Below are positions 31,534 to 39,178 of a stretch of DNA of 64,000 nucleotides, in pieces (position 1 is the first letter of the stretch; the number at the start of each line of letters is the position of its first letter). The DNA comes from Candidatus Zhuqueibacterota bacterium (GTDB lineage Bacteria; Zhuqueibacterota; Zhuqueibacteria; Zhuqueibacterales; Geothermadaptataceae). The stretch lies in contig JAUZRQ010000040.1 in NCBI GenBank assembly GCA_030950365.1, positions 13,195 to 77,194 on the forward strand, given 5' to 3'. Under the pieces are notes generated by a model that ran no database searches, was not told the DNA's origin, and saw only the letters and a list, made by a program, of their open reading frames with translations. A program made the translations under genes and the position numbers.

Positions 31534-31549
31534 TGGCATTTTAATTGCT
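31534..31549 (+). promoter_or_regulatory. sigma-54 (-24/-12) promoter
   Basis: TGGCAT-TTTAA-TTGCT against the consensus TGGCAC-N5-TTGCW. GG and GC are spaced exactly 12 nt apart. It lies 108 nt upstream of the ATG at 31657. Confidence 0.7.
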
Positions 31550-31656
31550 TTAGGTACTGTGCCCAACAGGATGGACGACCAGAGCATCGTCTCAGGGAAA
31601 TTGGGGTTGTTCAATTAAGCTGTCTAACACGCACTGCAACCAGGAAAGAGACGACC

Positions 31657-33372
31657 ATGAGGAATCGTCAACCACGGAAGGATGGGATTCGATTTTTGGT
31701 TTTTGGGCTGTGGTTGCTCGGAATGATGGGTGGCCTGCAGGCGCAGGGCTATCAAATCTGGAATTCCGCTGATCGACAGTATCCCTGGTCCTCAGAGATC
31801 AATCCAGCGATTCTGCCTTTCCATAGCACGCAAATTTCGTTTGGCCTCAAGGTTTATCATTTCGGGTTTCTGCCGAATAGCGCTTTCGGTATTCGTGAAA
31901 ACCGCATCAATGCCAGTTTTCCGTTTTATTTGCCTTACGACATCGCCATTGGCGGGGCTTTGCGATATTTCAGCGCCGGACTGTATTCGGAAGTGGCGGC
32001 ATCGGTACTTTTGGGTTACGAAATCTGGCCGGCTTTGTCCATTGGCGCGAAGATCGGGCTTGAGCGTCGCGGTTTTCGTGCCGGAGATTTTGTGGGCTTC
32101 GATCCCAACGATCCCCTGCTGAAACGCGGTCTGGCCACGGTAAACCTCAACCTTGGAGTCGGGGCGTACTACGAAATGGACAACTGGCGTTTCGGGCTTG
32201 GTGTGGATCATGCCAATCGCCCGAATGTCGGACGACTGAACCAGGCCATTTATCCCCGTGAAATCTCGGCTTCGATTGCTTATCGGTACGGCAACATCAC
32301 CCCAACGTTGCTGATCCGAGATGATGGCGTGCGCTGGCGATTTGGCATGATCATCACCATGACGAAAAGCTCAGTCGGACAACTGCGCCTTGGCTACGAA
32401 CACTCCATGCCGATTAAGGTTGAAGCGCAACTTAACCTCAACCGCAACAGCCGTCTTGATTATGTCGTGGACCTGCCGAAGGAAGGCACGCGCGGTGCAT
32501 CGGCGGGCACGCAGGAATTGATTTATACACATATTCTCGGGCGGCGCCCGGAAATTGGCGAGCCGGTGATCCTGTTCACCACCAACAAGCTGGAAATTCT
32601 GGAAGAAACGGTGTACCGCAGCATGACGGCCGACCTGCGTATTGAAGAACTGCGCGCGTTTCCGGAACTTATTCCTGAATACATGAACACTACCGAACCT
32701 CATAATGAGAACATGCTGGTTGTGGTCGCCGGGCCGCTGAACAAATTTGAAACCAGAGAAGGTCGGCTCGATCGCCACCGTCGTTTGGCTAAAAGTATTG
32801 CCAAATATCTGGAAACAATCCCCACGCTTAATGCCTATCTGTTGGCTGAAGCTAGCACCTTGAAGGACGCACGTGAGATTCAGCGCGCCGTTGCGCGTCT
32901 AACAGCAGAAGCCACTCGCGTACAAATTGTCAAGCTGGTCTCCGGTAAGGGAAAATCCGATTTCCGAGGCTTTCAGCCTGGGCGAATCAGCATCGAGCGC
33001 AAAAAGCCGAAGCTATCGGCCAGCGAACTTGGAATTTATCTTGAGGTTCCAACCAAGACTCGCAAGACGCTGCACTGGCAGATGCGTATCTTAAATGCCC
33101 GGAATGAGCCTGTTGCTACCTTTTTAGGTAGCGGCAGACTGCCATATCGACTCACCTGGAACTGGCGCGACGACCGCGGCCGGCTGGTACAGCCCGGACG
33201 ATATATTTGCGATTTGCGGATTATGACCACCAGCGGCCGTGAAAGACACGTGGTATCCAAGCCAGTACAGGTTACCCTCATCCGTCGGCATGTGCGCATT
33301 CATTTCAAAGGCGACCCAGAATTCAAAACCTCCCAAACCGAGGAAGAAAGGTTTTCGTCCGGCGAGTTGTAA
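31657..33372 (+). CDS. outer-membrane protein: PorP/SprF-like beta-barrel N-domain plus C-terminal FlgD-Ig-like region
   Basis: Signal peptide (FLVFGLWLLGMMGGLQAQ). SEINPAILPF and GVGAYYEMDNWRFGLGVDHANRPNVG resemble PorP/SprF family blocks. The C-terminus LTWNWRDDRGRLVQPGRYICDLRI is FlgD-Ig-like. Confidence 0.5.
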   Translation: MRNRQPRKDGIRFLVFGLWLLGMMGGLQAQGYQIWNSADRQYPWSSEINPAILPFHSTQISFGLKVYHFGFLPNSAFGIRENRINASFPFYLPYDIAIGGALRYFSAGLYSEVAASVLLGYEIWPALSIGAKIGLERRGFRAGDFVGFDPNDPLLKRGLATVNLNLGVGAYYEMDNWRFGLGVDHANRPNVGRLNQAIYPREISASIAYRYGNITPTLLIRDDGVRWRFGMIITMTKSSVGQLRLGYEHSMPIKVEAQLNLNRNSRLDYVVDLPKEGTRGASAGTQELIYTHILGRRPEIGEPVILFTTNKLEILEETVYRSMTADLRIEELRAFPELIPEYMNTTEPHNENMLVVVAGPLNKFETREGRLDRHRRLAKSIAKYLETIPTLNAYLLAEASTLKDAREIQRAVARLTAEATRVQIVKLVSGKGKSDFRGFQPGRISIERKKPKLSASELGIYLEVPTKTRKTLHWQMRILNARNEPVATFLGSGRLPYRLTWNWRDDRGRLVQPGRYICDLRIMTTSGRERHVVSKPVQVTLIRRHVRIHFKGDPEFKTSQTEEERFSSGEL

Positions 33373-33449
33373 ATCTATTGAACTGAGCAATTATGCTTTG
33401 AATAAAAGACATGACAATTATTCCATAATCAACAATGGTGGAGAGTCCA

Positions 33450-34394
33450 ATGGTCATGAAATACTACTTTACAAAACTGAAGTGGCATTACCTGGCAATT
33501 CTGGTGGTTGCCGGTTTGATAATTGGTTCGATTTCGACCTCCCAAGCGGTCAACAAACGAAAGCAGGCGAAGGCGAAAACGACTCAGAAGGCGGAAGCGA
33601 AGCAGAATCAGGATGGGGCCGAAAAGGAACTTTCGGCGTGGGACATCATCGAAATGACCGACTGGCTTTTCTGGCCGTTCGTATTGCTTACCGGGACGGG
33701 GATTTTCCTGCTGAGTTACAAAGGCTTACAGGAATACCGTGAAAAGTCCCGGGCAAAATGGCTACTGGAGCAAAAAATCGGCTCCGGCGACATTCGGCGT
33801 GTGATTCGCATGGTGCAGACCAGCCAGCCCAACCGCGCTTCACGGCTGATGCACCAGATGATTGCGACGTTCAATAAGACCAAGCGCGCCGAGCCCATTG
33901 GCGATGACATTAACGCCTATTTGAATGCCGAACGAGACTCCTTTGAGACCTTCAACCGTGTGCTGGGCTTTTTGTCCGACACCGCCGGAGCACTAGGCTT
34001 GCTCGGAACGGTGTGGGGCATTTTTGAAACCTTCCACGCTGGCCGGCTGGATGGTCCAACCATTTTGCAAGGCATGAGTATTTCGTTAGTGACTACCCTG
34101 GTTGGTCTCATTATTAGCTTGTTTCTGAACATGGGCGCGACCGGCATCTTTGCCTTCTTCAATCGTCAGTTAAACATGCTGGCCAACCGGGCGGAAGAAT
34201 TGCGTCAGGCGTTGCTATACCTTGAGGCCAAATCCATGCGGGCGGAAAAGGTAACAGAACCCGAACCGCGCGTACGTACGGTGAATCCCGATCTGACCAT
34301 GGCAGCCGGCTCGCATCACCGCCGGCCAGCCGCGGAAGTTCCGGTCACCGAGGTGGAGTCGGCGGTGGTCGAAGAAGGAAACGGGTATCTCTAA
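33450..34394 (+). CDS. MotA/TolQ/ExbB proton-channel family protein
   Basis: ORF 33435..; ATG at 33450 after GGAGAG. Core LGFLSDTAGALGLLGTVWGIFETF...ILQGMSISLVTTLVGLIISLFLN. Unusual K/A/Q-rich insert after TM1 and an extended acidic C-terminus. Confidence 0.85.
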   Translation: MVMKYYFTKLKWHYLAILVVAGLIIGSISTSQAVNKRKQAKAKTTQKAEAKQNQDGAEKELSAWDIIEMTDWLFWPFVLLTGTGIFLLSYKGLQEYREKSRAKWLLEQKIGSGDIRRVIRMVQTSQPNRASRLMHQMIATFNKTKRAEPIGDDINAYLNAERDSFETFNRVLGFLSDTAGALGLLGTVWGIFETFHAGRLDGPTILQGMSISLVTTLVGLIISLFLNMGATGIFAFFNRQLNMLANRAEELRQALLYLEAKSMRAEKVTEPEPRVRTVNPDLTMAAGSHHRRPAAEVPVTEVESAVVEEGNGYL

Positions 34395-34420
34395 ACCACG
34401 CAGGGCGTGAGGAAAAGGCC

Positions 34421-35290
34421 ATGAAATCCATGATACAGTTGATAGCGACATCGTCCGCCGGCAGGTTGGTCCCAATCGCAGCCCTGTATGCGATGCTGAA
34501 TCTGAACGCACCGCTGTATGCCGGCAGCGAAGCGTGCAAGAGCGGCGAAACCTCGGTGGCGGGAAGTAGCGGCAATCCGCAACTCTGGATGGAAAAGCCG
34601 CAGATGGAGCTTTTGGCCGGCACCGCCTTCGAGCTGCGATTCCACGTCGGCGAGCCGAACAATCCGGTGCGCAGCCTGTTCGGCATCAGCTTCGAATTGC
34701 GCTATTCCGATGACCAGTACCTGGAATTTGCGCAGCCAACCGAGATATTGAAGGGTGATTTTCTAATGCCGGATGTGTACACCTTTATCCGCCATGAACA
34801 GGACCGCAAACTGATTTCGCTGGCCGTGAGCCGCAAACGTGGCGCACCGGGACAGAATGGTGACGGCGTGATTTTGCGCCTGCCGTTGAAACTGGCCGAC
34901 GAAGCGCCGGAAGGCTGGCAGGTATGTTTTCAGGTCAGCAACATCACGGCCAACGATTCCGTGGGCAATCGCATCGAGATCGACGCCGGGCCGATTTTGT
35001 GCCTGAAGGTCATCGCACCGGAAATCGATGTGGTGCCCAATCCGTTTACGCCCAATGGCGATGGTTTCAACGATCGCGTGCGTTTCAAGCGCGATGGCGG
35101 CATTCCGTCTGACTGGGTGATTTTGATCATGGACCGATCCGGCAGGATCATCCGTCGCCTGACCGATGGACGGGATGTCTGGGACGGCAGGGATGCGCAG
35201 GGACGTCCCATGCTGCCCGGCGCCTATCTGTATAGCATTCGCAAGGGCGATCGCGTCATCCGGCGCGGCCTTCTGGGACTGATTCGGTGA
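34421..35290 (+). CDS. cohesin-like domain protein with T9SS type B C-terminal sorting domain
   Basis: C-terminus PNPFTPNGDGFNDRVRF...ILIMDRSGRIIRRL...WDGRDAQGRPMLPGAYLYSI...GLLGLIR matches the gliding-motility-associated (type B) CTD pattern. The N-terminal module (FELRFHV...GISFELRYSDDQYLEF) is cohesin-like. Confidence 0.75.
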   Translation: MKSMIQLIATSSAGRLVPIAALYAMLNLNAPLYAGSEACKSGETSVAGSSGNPQLWMEKPQMELLAGTAFELRFHVGEPNNPVRSLFGISFELRYSDDQYLEFAQPTEILKGDFLMPDVYTFIRHEQDRKLISLAVSRKRGAPGQNGDGVILRLPLKLADEAPEGWQVCFQVSNITANDSVGNRIEIDAGPILCLKVIAPEIDVVPNPFTPNGDGFNDRVRFKRDGGIPSDWVILIMDRSGRIIRRLTDGRDVWDGRDAQGRPMLPGAYLYSIRKGDRVIRRGLLGLIR

Positions 35291-35366
35291 CGCATCGTCA
35301 TGCAGCACAAAGCAGGTACAATCCGTGGGATGATGGGAACGTGAAGGATGGCATAGGGACGACACC

Positions 35367-38282
35367 ATGAACGGCACCAATAACAAACATCGTCACCATG
35401 CGCTTGCGCGCACGTTCAACCGAAGCCGGATGGCCGCCTGGTTGGGCATCCTGGCTCTAATTTTTGGCATGACCGGTCCTGGATTGGCACAAATGGATGC
35501 CGGAATCGCTGCTGCCGGCCGGATTAGCGCGCTGTCGGGCGTGGCGAACCAGCTCAAATTGCATTATAACCGCGTGAACGCCACCGGCTTCCCGGTGATT
35601 GTTTCTTACGTGGTCGTGCAAAACGATTCTGGTTACAACATTGGTGATTTGAACGAAAACCATTTCGTGGTGCATGAAGACGGGGTCCGCGAATTGCCAA
35701 TCAAGGTCGAAGAGTTGACCGATTCCATTGGCGTGACGGTGGTGCTGGTGATTGACCGCAGCACCAGCATGCGCGGCCAGCCCATTGTGGATGCCCGGAA
35801 TGCCGCCGTGACATTTGTACAGCTCATGAATAAAAATGACGAAGCGGCCGTGGTCAGTTTCGCCAGCAAGGTGCGCACGGATTACACCTTTACCAACAAC
35901 AAGGATTCGCTGATCGCGGCCATCCAGGGCATCAATGCCAAGGGCGGCACGGCGATTTTCGATGCGTTGATTCATTCGGCCAAACTGATCGAGACGCGGC
36001 AGGGACAACGCGCCATCATTCTGCTGACGGACGGACATGACAAGGATAGCAACAGCACGTTGCAGGAGGCATTGAACGCGGTGAGGCCCACGGGCGTGCC
36101 AGTGTTCACGATCGGCCTGAATTTGGGGCGTGGCAGTCAGGAAGAACGCGTATTGCAGGACATCGCCGCCGCCACGGGCGGGCGTTACTACCGCAGCCCC
36201 AGTTCGGGTGATCTCAATGATATTTACAAAGCAATTTCGGCCTTGCTGCATCATGTGTATCGCATTACGTACACCACGCACAATCCAGCGCGCGATGGCA
36301 CGCTACGGCATGTCCGCATCACCGTCAATGCGCTGGGTTCGACATCATCCGATACGGCCAGCTACCGCGCACCGCTGGACCTGGTGACCTTTGCGCTGGC
36401 CTCCAGCGATGTGCCGGTGCCCGGCCGTACGTTCACGGTGCAATTGCGCATCCCCGACTCCAGTGTGCCGGTGTATGAGCTGCGACGGATGACATTCCGG
36501 CTGAAATTCGATGCGCGCTACCTGCGGGTGCCCAATCCGCTGGCGCAATCGGTGCGCGTGAGCAACCTGTTTGGCAGCGCCGGGGAGCACCGGGTGCAGG
36601 TCAGCGTGGATCAGCAGCGCGGCAACATCGATATCACGGTGGAGAAGACTACCGGTGGCCTTATCAATGGATTTGGCAAGCTAATGCAATTCACGTTTCA
36701 GGCCGACACCAGTCTGCCGGACCGTTTCCCGCTGGTGTTTTCGCTGCAGAATTTCCAGGCGTTCAATCGGGACAATGTGGCCATCCCAACGGAGACGGTG
36801 CCGTTGACCCTGCGGGCGTACGGCTACGTGACTTTCGCGCTGAATTCCGGGGATGTGCTGCGGCCGGGGAAGCCGTTTCGATTGCAACTGGAAATTCCGC
36901 CGGACACCAAGTCCCTGCCGGGACTGCAACATTTGAGCTTTATCATCAAGTTCGATCCCACTTATTTGAAAGTGGCCGATCCGCAAAACCAGGCGTTGCG
37001 GGGCGGCGTGCTGTTTGGCAGCAACTCGGAATTTCAACTCGATTACAGCGTGGATGCAAACCAGGGGCTGATCAATATGACGCTGTCCAGAAAGGCCGGC
37101 TTTACCATGGTGGCAGGACGTGGGGCCCTGGCCGAAATGCGGTTCGATGTCCGCTGGGACATGCCGGACAGCACGGAAGCCGCATTCGAAATTGTGAATC
37201 TGCTGGCCACGGACAGCCTGGGATGGAATTTGCCGGTGCAGTTGCGGCATTACCGCGACTGGAGCAACGGCATGACCGTCTGGCCGGGGGACACCAATCA
37301 CAACGGGGCGGTGGAGCTGAGTGATGTGAACATGCTGGGCATTTATTGGAGCATCCAGGGGCCGGGACGGCCGGATGAACCCGACCCGCTGGCCTGGAAG
37401 CCCCAGTATAGTGCCCGCTATCCAAAAAAATGGGCGGCGCACGCCGATGCCGATGGCAGTGGCAGAATCGACGAGCGCGATTTGATACCGATCGGACTGA
37501 ATTGGGGTAAAAACGTGCAGGCAGGATTTTATAAACAAAATGGAAAATCATTGTGGAACGAACCGCCCACCCCACAGGGTCGCATTGCGGCCTATTTAAA
37601 GCGGTTCGACGACAGTCGAGAATATCGCATTGTTCTCGAATATCAAACCGGAGAAAGCCAGGATTTGATGGGCATCACCTTGCGGCTACGCTATCCTGAG
37701 CGAACTCGGGTGGTGAGTGTGGAGCCCGGAGAGCTGTGGGCTTCGCAGCCGCTAATGCTGGTGCAGGATATTCCGCAGGAGCAGTTGCTGGCCATCGGGC
37801 TGATGCAGCCGGCTACGTCTACCAAGGCCATGTCCGGCGCGGTGCTGATGAGCATCGCCGTGGACCTGCCCGAAGCGGCGCTGAAAGACCTGCTAACGTT
37901 TGATTACATCGCTCTGGTCAATGCCGCCGGACAGGCCGTGGAAGTGCCCGTGTCGGAAGCCTGGCGCGATGGCAGCGCAACGGCCGTGCAGACTTTTCAG
38001 GTGTTGCCGGCTTATCCGAATCCATTCAACCCGTCCACGCGGGTGCGGTTTGCGCTGCCGCAGGCAGGAGAAATTTGGGTACGCATCTTCAATCTGCGCG
38101 GCCAGGCCATTCGCTCCGACCGCTGGCAACAGCCCATGCCCGGATTTTATGAATACCGCTGGAACGGGCAGGATCAGCACGGGCAGCCGGTAGGGTCCGG
38201 GGTTTATTTCGCCCATATTTATGTCAAACTGCGCGACGGGCAGACCTATCGGGCCAAACAAAAATGGACGCTGTTGAAATAA
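35367..38282 (+). CDS. large surface protein: vWA domain, three cohesin-like modules, dockerin-like EF-hand pair, T9SS type A C-terminal sorting domain
   Basis: vWA at aa ~122-300 (VVLVIDRSTSMRG...GGTAIFDAL...ILLTDGHD). Duplicated modules VTFALASSDVPVPGRTFTVQLRIP...FRLKFDARYLRV and VTFALNSGDVLRPGKPFRLQLEIP...FIIKFDPTYLKV. Ca-loop-like DTNHNGAVELSD and DADGSGRIDERD. C-terminus YPNPFNPSTRVRFALPQAGEIWVRIFNLRGQ...SGVYFAHI. Probable start is Met22 at 35430 (MAAWLGILALIFGMTGPGLAQ). Confidence 0.8.
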   Translation: MNGTNNKHRHHALARTFNRSRMAAWLGILALIFGMTGPGLAQMDAGIAAAGRISALSGVANQLKLHYNRVNATGFPVIVSYVVVQNDSGYNIGDLNENHFVVHEDGVRELPIKVEELTDSIGVTVVLVIDRSTSMRGQPIVDARNAAVTFVQLMNKNDEAAVVSFASKVRTDYTFTNNKDSLIAAIQGINAKGGTAIFDALIHSAKLIETRQGQRAIILLTDGHDKDSNSTLQEALNAVRPTGVPVFTIGLNLGRGSQEERVLQDIAAATGGRYYRSPSSGDLNDIYKAISALLHHVYRITYTTHNPARDGTLRHVRITVNALGSTSSDTASYRAPLDLVTFALASSDVPVPGRTFTVQLRIPDSSVPVYELRRMTFRLKFDARYLRVPNPLAQSVRVSNLFGSAGEHRVQVSVDQQRGNIDITVEKTTGGLINGFGKLMQFTFQADTSLPDRFPLVFSLQNFQAFNRDNVAIPTETVPLTLRAYGYVTFALNSGDVLRPGKPFRLQLEIPPDTKSLPGLQHLSFIIKFDPTYLKVADPQNQALRGGVLFGSNSEFQLDYSVDANQGLINMTLSRKAGFTMVAGRGALAEMRFDVRWDMPDSTEAAFEIVNLLATDSLGWNLPVQLRHYRDWSNGMTVWPGDTNHNGAVELSDVNMLGIYWSIQGPGRPDEPDPLAWKPQYSARYPKKWAAHADADGSGRIDERDLIPIGLNWGKNVQAGFYKQNGKSLWNEPPTPQGRIAAYLKRFDDSREYRIVLEYQTGESQDLMGITLRLRYPERTRVVSVEPGELWASQPLMLVQDIPQEQLLAIGLMQPATSTKAMSGAVLMSIAVDLPEAALKDLLTFDYIALVNAAGQAVEVPVSEAWRDGSATAVQTFQVLPAYPNPFNPSTRVRFALPQAGEIWVRIFNLRGQAIRSDRWQQPMPGFYEYRWNGQDQHGQPVGSGVYFAHIYVKLRDGQTYRAKQKWTLLK

Positions 38283-38294
38283 AGGATTCGGGCG

Positions 38295-38726
38295 ATGGAA
38301 CACAAACGCGAGTATGTGGAAAGCAAACGCAACAATTTGATGATCCGTCTGATCGACATCGTGTTCATCCTGCTGTTCGGATTTATCGCGGTGTCGCAGA
38401 TCAGCAATGCGGAGGCCATCGATCCGGCCAAAAGCACCGAAGCCAAGCAGGGGGCGCCCGACGGCGCGGTGATCCTCATCGTGGGCGTGCATGCCGATGG
38501 TATGTTCACGGTGGATCGGGATTCGAAAAGATTTCGCCGGTTGCGCGACCTGCGGCGCTATCTGGTGGCGCTGCAATCCGAACTGCGCGCGGAGGGGAAA
38601 GACCTCGGCGTGCGCATCCGGGCCAACTGGGACGCGCCGACCCGCTACAGCATGCAGGTGGCGCGCCTCTGCCGCGACCTCGGCATTCCCAAAGGGTTGG
38701 ATGTGGTGCGGGTGCTGGATAAATAA
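38295..38726 (+). CDS. ExbD/TolR family biopolymer transport protein
   Basis: N-terminus NNLMIRLIDIVFILLFGFIAVS (single TM typical of ExbD/TolR), with a periplasmic domain of about 100 aa. Confidence 0.8.
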   Translation: MEHKREYVESKRNNLMIRLIDIVFILLFGFIAVSQISNAEAIDPAKSTEAKQGAPDGAVILIVGVHADGMFTVDRDSKRFRRLRDLRRYLVALQSELRAEGKDLGVRIRANWDAPTRYSMQVARLCRDLGIPKGLDVVRVLDK

Positions 38727-38782
38727 CAGGACAAAAGGAGCAAGCCCATGTCCACGATCTGGATGCATGGAGGTGGTGAGAC

Positions 38783-39178
38783 GTGAATAACAATCGCCTG
38801 ATGATCCGCCTGATCGATGTGGCGCTGATCATTCTGTTGGGATTTATCGCCATCAGCCGGTTGAAAACCGAGTACGTGGATTTGCCCGCGCCCGGCGATG
38901 CGGAGCCACCACGGATGCGGATGCACATGGCGGATTTGCACGTATACCGCGCCCGTTATGTGCTGGTTGACGGCCGCCGCAAAAAGCAGGTGCGCGATCT
39001 CGATAGCCTGGAACGGCTGCTGCAACGAACCAAAACGGTCTATCGACAAAAAGGCGCGAAACTGGTGATGAACATTCAGCCGCATCGATCCAGCATCATG
39101 CAGGACCTGATCGATGTGCTGGATGTCTGTCAACGGAACCGAATTGAGAAGAACCTGAACTATGACCGCATTAACTGA
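38783..39178 (+). CDS. ExbD/TolR family biopolymer transport protein (second copy)
   Basis: GTG start preceded by GGAGGTG. NRLMIRLIDVALIILLGFIAIS. Paralog of the preceding gene. Confidence 0.8.
   Translation: MNNNRLMIRLIDVALIILLGFIAISRLKTEYVDLPAPGDAEPPRMRMHMADLHVYRARYVLVDGRRKKQVRDLDSLERLLQRTKTVYRQKGAKLVMNIQPHRSSIMQDLIDVLDVCQRNRIEKNLNYDRIN

Noticed and set aside
24510-31650. Integrase, transposase, tRNA attachment site or flanking direct repeats marking the low-GC island as a mobile element
   Set aside because: I looked at both boundaries and all listed ORFs and recognised none of these. The island is reported only as a compositional anomaly, not as a mobile element.
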